NCBI GenBank assembly: GCA_039030515.1
Contig: JBCCEA010000007.1
Location: forward strand, 32,001-96,000
DNA: 64,000 nt
Source: Myxococcota bacterium
Lineage (GTDB): Bacteria > Myxococcota_A > Polyangia > Polyangiales > Houyiibacteriaceae
Direction: 5' to 3'
A program made the position numbers and the translations under genes. Positions 50,246 through 59,417 of this stretch are shown one piece after another. Below the pieces are notes generated by a model that worked only from the letters and a program-made list of their open reading frames with translations, was not told the origin of the DNA and ran no database searches. The stretch's first letter is position 1. Every line of letters begins with the position of its first letter.

Positions 50246-52744
50246 ATGCTGCTCCTCATTCAGAGAACCAGTGGCTTGCTGCGCAGATCGGCAGGGAGCC
50301 TTTTATTCTTGGTGGTACTTTCGGTTCCGTATTCGACTCGAGCACACGAATTTTATACATCTAGAGTGCCAAATGCGGCAACTGCACTCTCATCCGATGG
50401 CTCGACCAAGCCTTGCATTACCTGCCACGACAACGTGGATGGTGGTGCAGGATGTACCTCGTCCGGAGGCGCGAGGCCGTGCCTCAACCCTTTTGGGGTA
50501 CAGTTTCGTGATGCAAGCTTTCTCTGGAGCAACGCGCTTTCGCAGCTTGACGCCGATGGGGACGGGTTTACCAACGGGCAAGAGCTGCAAGATGCGGAAG
50601 GGAACTGGATACCCGGTGACCATAGTCCCGGTGTAACGAACTACGTCACTCGGCCCGGCTTTGACGACTCCACTCCGGGGCAGATCGATGCGGATGGTGA
50701 TGGCTTTTGCTGGTTTGGGGAAGACCTAGACGGCAGCGGAAGCTGCGATGGCGTCACTGAAAACACCGGAGCGCTCGACTGCGACGACGGCGACGACAGC
50801 GTGAATAGCGGGGCGGTTGAGCTGTGCAGCAATGTGATCGACGACGACTGCAACGGGCTTACCACCCTTGAGGATCCTGCTTGCGAAGACGTGGTGGACC
50901 GGGATGGAGACGGCTTTTGCGTGCTCGGTCGAGACCTCAATGGTGACCGAGACTGTATCGACGGCAGCGGTGAGCAGACCTCAGACATCGATTGTGACGA
51001 TACGCGAATTACCGTGTTTCCGGGAAATCGAGAGAACTGTACTGATGGACAGGACAACGACTGTAACGGACTAATTGACGTAGCGGATACGCAATGCCGC
51101 AGCGATGTGGATGAGGACTCCGACGGGTTTTGTCCGTTGGGGGTTGACTTGAATGGCGATGGTGACTGCCTCGACGCTGGAGAACTCGACGATAGCGTTT
51201 TTTCGGATGGTTTCGATTGTGATGATCAGAATGCCGCTGCAAATCCAGATCAGACAGAAATCTGCGATGACTCGATCGACAATGACTGCGATGGAGATGC
51301 AAATTTTATCGACTCTGAATGCCAAGGTTTTTTCGATGCGGATGGAGATGGATTTTGTGTTTCCGGGATAGATCGCAACGGAGACGGTGACTGCATCGAT
51401 GAGCTCGAGGGGCTTGCCGACGGGGAACTCGGTGACTGCAACGATCTCGATCCACTCGTGGCACCCGGACGAGGTGAGGATGGAGACGCTTGCCGAGATT
51501 CGATCGACAACGACTGTGACGGCAGCATCAGTCTCGCGGATAGCGACTGTGCGGGGTATCTCGACACAGACGGTGATCGCTACTGCCTCGTTGGGTTCGA
51601 CGCAAACCTCGACGGTGACTGCGCCGACATCGATGAGGAAGGTGGCACTTTAGTAGACTGCGACGACTCACTGGCCTCCATATCCCCGGTCGCGGTTGAG
51701 ATTTGTACCGATGGACTCGACAACGACTGTGATGGAAGCACCGATGCAGCAGATCCGGGGGATCCCGATCCTGAGTCGGGGACGTTCCTAAATAGCTGCA
51801 CCGATTTTGCCGATCTCGATCGCGACGGTTACTGCGTTCAGGGTCGAGATCTTAACGCCGATTTCGATTGCGCAGACGAGGGAGAACTGGATGCGGCCGA
51901 AGGTCTGAGCGACAGCTTCCCTCTCGACCCAACGATAGGCCCGGGAGCCTTCGAACACTGTGGCGATGGGGTCGACAACGATCTCGATGGACTTGTCGAT
52001 CTCGAGAGCCCCTCATGTTCTCGGGACAGCGACGCCGACGGAGATGGGTTTTGCAGTATCGGACGCGACCTCAACGGCGACGGAGATTGCCTGGACAGCA
52101 GTGAAGACCCCTCGATGGACGAACTGCGCTTCGGAGATTTCGATTGCGACGATCGAGATGCCGAGGTCTATCCCGCAAACGACGCAGCCGGTCTCGAGAA
52201 TTGTTTTGATTTTGTGGACAACGACTGCGACACGCGCGTGGATCTCGACGACGCCGAGTGTAAGCGTTTCTTCGATGCAGATGGTGACGGATTCTGCCCC
52301 ACCGGAGTGGACGACAACGGAGATGGCGACTGCTTGGATGTTGCCGAGGATCGTTTTGGAGAAGACTGCTCCGACAATCCGCTCCTAGAGCCGCTGGCCG
52401 CTTCTATCAACATTCGTGCAAGAGAGATTTGCGACGACCTTATCGACAACGATTGCGACGGCGCTACCGATCTCGAGGACACCCAGTGCGACTGCATGAC
52501 GTTTTGTGATGATGGCGATCCGTGCACCATCGATGGCTGCAATGAAGCCAAGACTCTGTGCGCGTATCGTCCGGATCCCGCTTGCTTTGATGCCGGTGCG
52601 CCGCCTGTGCTTGATGGAGACGGCGGCACACCGGCTCGCTCCGCAGGTGGTGGATGTTATGTCGGGGGTAGCCCACGTCACACCCTCCTGATTTGGATCG
52701 TCGGATGTCTGGGCTGGCTCATCCTTCGCCGGAGGCGTCCATGA
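50246..52744 (+). CDS. surface protein: CxxCH/temptin-like head + 8 MopE-like Asp/Cys repeats + MYXO-CTERM-like anchor
   Basis: signal peptide; CITCH..LNPFG..DADGDGFTNGQEL; repeated DxDGDGFC..DCDD..EIC..DNDCDG; GGGC-hydrophobic-RRRR tail. Confidence 0.85.
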   Translation: MLLLIQRTSGLLRRSAGSLLFLVVLSVPYSTRAHEFYTSRVPNAATALSSDGSTKPCITCHDNVDGGAGCTSSGGARPCLNPFGVQFRDASFLWSNALSQLDADGDGFTNGQELQDAEGNWIPGDHSPGVTNYVTRPGFDDSTPGQIDADGDGFCWFGEDLDGSGSCDGVTENTGALDCDDGDDSVNSGAVELCSNVIDDDCNGLTTLEDPACEDVVDRDGDGFCVLGRDLNGDRDCIDGSGEQTSDIDCDDTRITVFPGNRENCTDGQDNDCNGLIDVADTQCRSDVDEDSDGFCPLGVDLNGDGDCLDAGELDDSVFSDGFDCDDQNAAANPDQTEICDDSIDNDCDGDANFIDSECQGFFDADGDGFCVSGIDRNGDGDCIDELEGLADGELGDCNDLDPLVAPGRGEDGDACRDSIDNDCDGSISLADSDCAGYLDTDGDRYCLVGFDANLDGDCADIDEEGGTLVDCDDSLASISPVAVEICTDGLDNDCDGSTDAADPGDPDPESGTFLNSCTDFADLDRDGYCVQGRDLNADFDCADEGELDAAEGLSDSFPLDPTIGPGAFEHCGDGVDNDLDGLVDLESPSCSRDSDADGDGFCSIGRDLNGDGDCLDSSEDPSMDELRFGDFDCDDRDAEVYPANDAAGLENCFDFVDNDCDTRVDLDDAECKRFFDADGDGFCPTGVDDNGDGDCLDVAEDRFGEDCSDNPLLEPLAASINIRAREICDDLIDNDCDGATDLEDTQCDCMTFCDDGDPCTIDGCNEAKTLCAYRPDPACFDAGAPPVLDGDGGTPARSAGGGCYVGGSPRHTLLIWIVGCLGWLILRRRRP

Positions 52745-55700
52745 TGCAGCCATGGATGCGTCTCGCTTTGGGGCTTTTGTTGCTGTTTGGCTGGGCTCCT
52801 TCCGCTCAGGCCTATCCCTACTACGGACACTACGGCTCGGGATCCAACCCGCCAGGCACCACAGATTTTGGAGTTGGAGCTCATTCGTCTGGATGCGAGA
52901 TGTGCCACACCAACACGGGAGGAGGTCTCTCGTGCGCTGGTGGCTTTTTCCCCTGTCTCAATCCCTTTGGCCTAGCCTATTTTTCGAATGGTGGCTGGAC
53001 CACCTCATTTGGGAATGCAGATTCCGATGCTGACGGTCAGTCCAATCTCTCCGAGGTGAACAATACATCTCGTCAGCCTGGATTTCCTCGCCAGGCGAGC
53101 TCCTGCGATCTCTCGGACTGCGCTTCCACGCTTTCTGATGACTGCTCGGGTGGCGGCACCGGGTTCAACATCACCTGTAATCGCATCCAGTATGCTTCAG
53201 GCAGGTACAGCTACACCTATAGCTTCTCGTGCGATAATGCAGGTTACGATAGTGACTTTGCGTCAGACGAGAGCAGCTGGCTTTGCTCTGATATCAACGA
53301 GTGCTCGACGTCGAATCCTTGCGGTGAAGACAATACTTTCAGCAACAATGCTTGTTCGAACACTGCAGGAAGCTGGAGCTGTGACTGCAATGCTGGCTAT
53401 ACAGAATTTGGATCCGTAGCGGCGCGAACCAACGGCTGCAGTAGTAACAACGAGTGCAGTACGGGGGATCCTTGTAGCGTCTCTGGGCTGGGTAACAATA
53501 TATGCACGGAACTGACGGGTTCCTACGATTGCTCTTGCGACTCGGGCTACAACCGAACCGGATCGATTACCGGTGTCAATCGGAAATGCCTCGATATCGA
53601 TGAATGCTCCGCGAACAATTACTGCGGTGAAGACTATTCTGATAGCGATACGAGCTGCGTGAATCAAACGGGAGGATTTTCCTGTGAGTGCGGCGTCAAT
53701 GAAGGGTTTACCGCTGCCGGTTCAGGCAACCTCGGTCAGAGGTGTAACGATATCAACGAATGCAACGAAGAAAACCACTGTCGCGAAGATGACTTCTCGA
53801 GCGTCAACAGCTGCAGCAACACCAGCGGCGGCTACCGATGCTCCTGCGGAGCGGGTTTTCAGCTTAGCGGTAGTGCCCCTCGAAGCCAGACTTGCCAGGA
53901 TATCGACGAGTGCGCGCAGAACAGCGGTCTTTGCGGTCGAACCGGAACCTTTGGTAGCGGCGCGAATGTCTGCACCAACGTGGATGGCGGTTATAGTTGC
54001 AGCTGCATTGCAGGATTTACCCACCAAAACAGCGGCGCTCCCGCGACAAATCGTAATCAAGACTGCATCCCCATCGATGAGTGCGTGAGTACTTCCGTAT
54101 GTGGACAAAATCTTGGCCCTGGTGGAACCAACACCTGCACCAACTTAGTTCAGGGGTACAGCTGCAGTTGTCAGTCACCACAGTTTTCAGCCACAGGTAG
54201 CGGCAGCTTTGATGGAGACTGCGTCGACGTAAACGAGTGCACCGACGGAGGCCCTTCTGACAACACATGTCATCAAGAGGACGGGTGGGGTAGCTGTACA
54301 AACTATACCGGTAGCGGTAGTGCCATCGGATACGGTTGCACATGTGGAGCAGGTTTTACGCGCATTAATGCTGGAACGACCTCCGAGGACTGCGCAGACA
54401 TCAACGAATGTACCGACGAGTCTGGAGCCGATACGAGCTGCAACGCGCATTTAGGTTATGGTTCGTGCAATAATACGACAGGTGGATACAGCTGTACGTG
54501 TGCCGATGGCTACGAGAGTTTTCTCGATGGAGGCGACCCAAGCTGTCGTAACGTCGATGAATGTAGCGACGAAGCTGGCGCGGATACGAGCTGTAACGCG
54601 CATTTGGGATTTGGGACCTGTACCGATACCGATGGTGGGTTTACGTGCAGCTGCGATACCGCAAACGGATACGCGTTTGATGCAGGCGCTCAGACCTGTG
54701 TGTTGGAAAACGAGTGTACAAATCCGGCCAACAACAACTGCGATGTGAATGCAACGTGCACGGATACGCCTACTGGATTTACGTGTTCATGCGATCAAGG
54801 TTGGACGGGTAGCGGCACAAGCTGCTCTAACGTCGATGAGTGTGCCGTAGCCACGCAGTGCGGTCAGAATCTCGGCGGCGGCGGGATCAATACCTGCATC
54901 GATACTAGCGGCGGGTTCACGTGTGTCTGCGGCCCTGGTTTTTCGGCTCAAGGCTCTGGCTTTACCGCGACCTGTGTGAATCAGAACGAATGCAGCGATA
55001 CGCCAGGCATTTGCGGGGCAGGCTCCTGTACTGATCTTGAGGGCTCTTACTCCTGCAATTGTCCCGAGGGATACTCATTTTCAGGCGGCACGTGCCAAAA
55101 TATCGATGAATGCGGCAATTCCAGCACGTGCGGTCAAGACCTCGGTGCGCCAGGCACCAACACCTGTACCGATCTGACTCCTGGGTACAGTTGCGTTTGC
55201 GACTCCAGCGGATACGACCTGAGCGGCTCTGGCTTCTCTGCTGCCTGCATCGACCGTGATGAATGTGCACAGACCAATCCGTGCAGCGTAGGATCATGCG
55301 ACAACTCAGTCGGCGGGTACTCCTGCAATTGCCCCTCTGGATATATCTTCCAAAATGGAACCTGCGAGGACGTGGACGAATGTGTGTTGTCGCCCTGCGG
55401 CTCTAACGCGACGGGCTGCAACAATATCGGCGGCAGCTATGAATGTGCTTGTGCCACCGGATACGCCGCCCCAGCTGCGGGAGGTAGCTGCGCGGATATC
55501 GATGAGTGCGTGGTGAGCGCGCCGTGTGGTTCGAACTCTTCTTCGTGCAGCAATCGTGACGGTACATACTCTTGCGCGTGCAGTGCGGGTTACTCCGCTC
55601 CCTCTCAAGGAGGCACGTGTGCCAACATCAATGAGTGTGCCGAGACTCCTGATATCTGCGGAGTGGGTAGCTGCGAAGATGATGAGGGCAGCTACAGCTG

Positions 55701-57288
55701 CAGCTGTCCTGAGGGATACAGTGCGCCGGTAACAGCAGGTACCTGTGAGAACGTCGATGAATGCACCGAGACCCCTGGAGTCTGCGGCAGCAATGCAAGC
55801 CGCTGCAGCGACTCCGAAGGCAGTTACGTCTGTGAGTGCGAAAGCGGTTATGAAGCGCCGGCCAGTGGCGGCAGCTGCATCAATATCGACGAATGCAGCA
55901 TCGGTACACCATGCGATCCAGGTAACTGCAGCGATCTTGAAGGAACCTACAGCTGCAGCTGCCCCGAGGGCTTTGCGGTGGCTTCGGGTACATCGGGTCC
56001 TTTCTGCGTCGATATCGACGAGTGTCTGGGAGATCCCTGCGGTCCCGGGACATGTTTTGAGACAGGCGTTGGCGGTGATTCACGTGGCTTTGGAGATTAT
56101 TTCTGCGTGTGTAACGCAGGATATGTGGAGAGCGCAGAGTTGAACGGTGTCTGTCAAAATGTCGATGAATGCCTCACTCCCGAGGTAAGCCTGTGCCCTA
56201 GCAACTCGACCTGCACGGATACGGACGGGCGTTGGGAGTGTCCTTGCGATATCGGTTTCGAATACGATGTGTCCGGGACGATCTGCATCAACGTCGACGA
56301 GTGCGCCTTAGGGCTCGATGATTGCGCTCCGGTTACGGCTACCTGCTCGGACCTCACGCCGGTTCAGGCAGACCCAAGAAGATGGGAGTGCAGCTGCAAC
56401 GTCGGGTATCAGGGATCTGGAGTGACCTGCGTCGACATAGATGAATGCGCGATCGGAACGCCGTGCGGCGAAAATGAGCTCTGCGTCAATCGCTTAAGTG
56501 GAGAGCAGCCCGATTGTCGGTGCCGGCCGGGGTACACCCGCAATGAGGAGTCGCTTCTGTGTGAACTTAGCTGCGGTGATGGAACGCTGGGACAGACCGA
56601 GGTTTGCGACGACGGAAACAGCGAGCCGGGTGACGGCTGTAGCGATGCATGTCTCATCGAGCCGGGTTACGTCTGCCTGACCCCGGGTGCTTCCTGCCTG
56701 CAGACTTGCGGAGACGGCGTCCTTCAGACTCACGAAGAATGTGACGACGGAGACGAGAACTCCGATACGGCCGCCGATGCCTGCCGTCTCAGTGGATGTG
56801 TGTTCGCGCGTTGTGGAGATGGGGTGATCGATACCGGTGAGGCCTGCGACGATGGTGATATGGAGACCGTCGAAGGCATGGCGATCAACTCAGACCGTGA
56901 TCCAGATGCCTGTCGCACCGATTGCTCCCTACCAAGATGTGGAGATGGCGTGGTCGATACCGGTGAGCTTTGCGATCCGGGGATCCTCGAAGATGAGGCC
57001 TGCACGAGTGAGGTCGCCTGCGGATTTGCGGTGCAGGAACCGCCGCCCGATGCATCTGCTGTAGCATTGGATGCGTCAAGCCCAGACGCGGGTTCATCGA
57101 CGCCCGCCTCTTCGGGAGGAGGCTGCGCGCTTGGAGGCCGGCCCCAATCGTCCATGCCTCGAACTTCTTTGCTGTGGCTGGTCCTTTGGACGCTCACCTG
57201 CTTGCGGCGCGCTAGAAAGTCAGCAGGCCGAAGTACCAGTCGACGAGCGGCGTTCCGAAGAACAGATACTCAAGAGCGGCAAGGCTGA
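52741..57288 (+). CDS. giant surface protein: CxxCH/temptin-like head + 23 calcium-binding EGF-like domains + 4 DUF4215-like repeats + MYXO-CTERM-like anchor
   Basis: signal ending AQA-Y; CEMCH..LNPFG..DSDADG; 23 x (D/N)x(D/N)EC..C..Cx(D/N)xxGx(Y/F)xCxCxxG(Y/F)..C; CGDG..E.CDDG; GGGC..LLWLVLWTLTCLRR; ATGA overlap with upstream gene. Confidence 0.9.
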   Translation: MMQPWMRLALGLLLLFGWAPSAQAYPYYGHYGSGSNPPGTTDFGVGAHSSGCEMCHTNTGGGLSCAGGFFPCLNPFGLAYFSNGGWTTSFGNADSDADGQSNLSEVNNTSRQPGFPRQASSCDLSDCASTLSDDCSGGGTGFNITCNRIQYASGRYSYTYSFSCDNAGYDSDFASDESSWLCSDINECSTSNPCGEDNTFSNNACSNTAGSWSCDCNAGYTEFGSVAARTNGCSSNNECSTGDPCSVSGLGNNICTELTGSYDCSCDSGYNRTGSITGVNRKCLDIDECSANNYCGEDYSDSDTSCVNQTGGFSCECGVNEGFTAAGSGNLGQRCNDINECNEENHCREDDFSSVNSCSNTSGGYRCSCGAGFQLSGSAPRSQTCQDIDECAQNSGLCGRTGTFGSGANVCTNVDGGYSCSCIAGFTHQNSGAPATNRNQDCIPIDECVSTSVCGQNLGPGGTNTCTNLVQGYSCSCQSPQFSATGSGSFDGDCVDVNECTDGGPSDNTCHQEDGWGSCTNYTGSGSAIGYGCTCGAGFTRINAGTTSEDCADINECTDESGADTSCNAHLGYGSCNNTTGGYSCTCADGYESFLDGGDPSCRNVDECSDEAGADTSCNAHLGFGTCTDTDGGFTCSCDTANGYAFDAGAQTCVLENECTNPANNNCDVNATCTDTPTGFTCSCDQGWTGSGTSCSNVDECAVATQCGQNLGGGGINTCIDTSGGFTCVCGPGFSAQGSGFTATCVNQNECSDTPGICGAGSCTDLEGSYSCNCPEGYSFSGGTCQNIDECGNSSTCGQDLGAPGTNTCTDLTPGYSCVCDSSGYDLSGSGFSAACIDRDECAQTNPCSVGSCDNSVGGYSCNCPSGYIFQNGTCEDVDECVLSPCGSNATGCNNIGGSYECACATGYAAPAAGGSCADIDECVVSAPCGSNSSSCSNRDGTYSCACSAGYSAPSQGGTCANINECAETPDICGVGSCEDDEGSYSCSCPEGYSAPVTAGTCENVDECTETPGVCGSNASRCSDSEGSYVCECESGYEAPASGGSCINIDECSIGTPCDPGNCSDLEGTYSCSCPEGFAVASGTSGPFCVDIDECLGDPCGPGTCFETGVGGDSRGFGDYFCVCNAGYVESAELNGVCQNVDECLTPEVSLCPSNSTCTDTDGRWECPCDIGFEYDVSGTICINVDECALGLDDCAPVTATCSDLTPVQADPRRWECSCNVGYQGSGVTCVDIDECAIGTPCGENELCVNRLSGEQPDCRCRPGYTRNEESLLCELSCGDGTLGQTEVCDDGNSEPGDGCSDACLIEPGYVCLTPGASCLQTCGDGVLQTHEECDDGDENSDTAADACRLSGCVFARCGDGVIDTGEACDDGDMETVEGMAINSDRDPDACRTDCSLPRCGDGVVDTGELCDPGILEDEACTSEVACGFAVQEPPPDASAVALDASSPDAGSSTPASSGGGCALGGRPQSSMPRTSLLWLVLWTLTCLRRARKSAGRSTSRRAAFRRTDTQERQG

Positions 57289-58192
57289 GGAAGGGACCGA
57301 ACTTGATTTTGAGCCGACCGAACTCAGCAGGTCGGCTCTCCTCCAGAGGATCCTCTGAGCTGTAGTCGTTTCCGGCTGAACTGTTCTCCGCTTCAGTCAG
57401 CGTCTCTTTTTGCGCCTCGGACTCCGGCATAACGCCGGTGGTCTCCGCCGATTCGGATTCGCCTTGGAGCACGCCTAGCTTGCCCGCTGCGCCGAGCAGC
57501 ACTGTCGCGACAACGCCCTGCATGGACCCGATAGCGAGGGTGAAAAGCACGCCTTCCCATCCTAGGAATGCGCCGATCATCATGAGGAGTTTCGCATCTC
57601 CTTCCCCCATGCCGCGCCTGCCGGTCGCGAGTTCATACGCCCAGACAAAGGGAACTTGGATGATGAGAAAGCCGACTCCCGCGCCCACCGCAGCAGCTTC
57701 CGCGCCGGGCATGTGCCGGACGGTGGCGGTGACGAGTCCGAGGGCACAGCCGGGCAAGCTGATCTCGTCGGGGATGATCATGTGCTCGAGATCGGTAAAG
57801 GTGGCGATGAGCAAGGCTCCCGCAAACGAGAACCAAAGTCCGGTTTGCAAAAGCCCGTCTGAGGCTGGAGTGAACTGAGGCGCTCGAACAAAAAACACCT
57901 CCGCCACCGCCAAGCACAAGAGGCCGGCGAGGACCTCGACAAAAACGTAGCGAGGTGAAATCCGTGCGCTGCAGCAGGCGGCTCGGCCGCGCAGCACACA
58001 CCAGCTCACGATCGGGATGTTCTGCCAAGGGGGGATCTGCACGCCGCAGCTGGGGCAACGACTCGAGGGGAAGACTACCGACTCCTCGAATGGAAGCCGG
58101 TGAATCGCGACGTTGAAAAAGCTTCCCCACAGGCTACCGAATAAAAAGGCAAGCAAACGTACGGCGAAGGGTGTCAGATCTGAGGTGGACAC
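57212..58192 (-). CDS. pilD: prepilin peptidase / N-methyltransferase
   Basis: GSFFNVAIHRLP, SRCPSC, NIPIVSW..LRGR, TDLEHMIIPD, GMGEGDAKL, FGPFL; GTG 58192. Confidence 0.93.
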   Translation of the reverse strand: MSTSDLTPFAVRLLAFLFGSLWGSFFNVAIHRLPFEESVVFPSSRCPSCGVQIPPWQNIPIVSWCVLRGRAACCSARISPRYVFVEVLAGLLCLAVAEVFFVRAPQFTPASDGLLQTGLWFSFAGALLIATFTDLEHMIIPDEISLPGCALGLVTATVRHMPGAEAAAVGAGVGFLIIQVPFVWAYELATGRRGMGEGDAKLLMMIGAFLGWEGVLFTLAIGSMQGVVATVLLGAAGKLGVLQGESESAETTGVMPESEAQKETLTEAENSSAGNDYSSEDPLEESRPAEFGRLKIKFGPFLSLAALEYLFFGTPLVDWYFGLLTF

Positions 58193-58286
58193 GCGGCGGC
58201 ATCGTAGTCGCTTCATCAAGCTGAGGAAAGGTTTGCTAGCGGTATCCGGATGTGCGCGACGCTTGGATCCGCATACACTCAGACGG

Positions 58287-59417
58287 GTGACGGATGGCCA
58301 CTCGATCGTAAGCAGCACAGCGCCTCGGAGTGCGCTCCGGGACGCGAGGCGGATCGTCGTCAAGATCGGAAGTCGATCCCTAGTCGAAGCGGAGGGTCGA
58401 TTTGCTCTTCTCTCAAAGCAGCTTCAGGCGATGCGAGATCGAGGGTGCATGGTGGTACTCGTTTCGTCGGGCGCGATCGCGCTCGGGATCGACCGCCTCG
58501 AGCTCTTGGAGCGTCCAGGGTCTATCGCCGGACTGCAGGCGGTCGCCGCGGTCGGTCAAACCGAACTGATGCGTCGCTGGGAGCATGCATTGGCCGAATG
58601 TGGGATGGCGAGTGCACAGGTTCTTCTCACCCATGCGGATTTATCCGATCGGGATCGCTACCTTCACGTGCGCTCTGCGATCGATGCGATGCTCGATCTT
58701 CAGGCGCTGCCGATCATCAACGAGAACGATACGGTCGGCTTTGAAGAGATTCGCTTTGGAGACAACGATCAGCTTGCTGCGATGGTGGCCACCCTCGTCG
58801 GCGCGGACCTCCTGCTCTTGCTCACCCACACCGAGGGGCTCCTCGATGCCGAGAACCGATGTATCCCGCTAGTGCAGGATATCGAACAGGCGCGAACAGC
58901 GATCCGTCCTGAAAAGAGTACGCAAGGCAGTGGAGGGATGGCGAGCAAAGTCGATGCTGCGGTCCGTGCGACCCGACGCGGCGTGCCCGTCGTAGTCGCT
59001 TCTGCTTCAGAGCGGGAGGTGCTTACCCGCATTGTGGACGGAGATCGTCTCGGAACTTTATTTTTGCCGGTCGGTGCTCCGATGGCGAGCCGGAAGCACT
59101 GGATCGCCTACACCCTCCGCTCCAAAGGACAACTGTTTTTAGACGCGGGCGCGATACGGGCGGTCGTCCATGAAAAGAGAAGCCTGCTTCCCGCAGGTGT
59201 GGTCGCGGTGCGTGGAGACTTTGAGCCCGGCGATGCGGTCGATCTCTGCACGATGGAGGGCATCGAAGTCGCAAAAGGACTGGTTCGTTACGAAGTGGGA
59301 GACGTAGCCCGGCTTGCCGGGGCGCATTCTCGAGATATCGAAGAGCGAACGGGAAGATTTGGCGGAGAGGCGCTGGTTCATCGCAACGATATGGTGGTAC
59401 TCGATGCATATGGATGA
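58287..59417 (+). CDS. proB: glutamate 5-kinase (start uncertain)
   Basis: RIVVKIGS, VSSGAI, INENDT, FGDNDQL, GSGGMASK, PUA domain. Confidence 0.95.
   Translation: MTDGHSIVSSTAPRSALRDARRIVVKIGSRSLVEAEGRFALLSKQLQAMRDRGCMVVLVSSGAIALGIDRLELLERPGSIAGLQAVAAVGQTELMRRWEHALAECGMASAQVLLTHADLSDRDRYLHVRSAIDAMLDLQALPIINENDTVGFEEIRFGDNDQLAAMVATLVGADLLLLLTHTEGLLDAENRCIPLVQDIEQARTAIRPEKSTQGSGGMASKVDAAVRATRRGVPVVVASASEREVLTRIVDGDRLGTLFLPVGAPMASRKHWIAYTLRSKGQLFLDAGAIRAVVHEKRSLLPAGVVAVRGDFEPGDAVDLCTMEGIEVAKGLVRYEVGDVARLAGAHSRDIEERTGRFGGEALVHRNDMVVLDAYG

Noticed and set aside
52741..57288. Eukaryotic contamination or chimeric assembly explaining the EGF array
   Set aside because: Intronless, ATGA-coupled to a paralogous bacterial gene, ends in myxobacterial repeats and anchor, and overlaps pilD; read data would be needed to exclude it fully
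38987..57288. Coagulation-factor-like Gla + EGF system linking the HTTM gene and the EGF protein
   Set aside because: The genes are 12 kb apart, separated by tRNAs and dnaE, and no Gla-domain or propeptide-like segment is visible in the EGF protein
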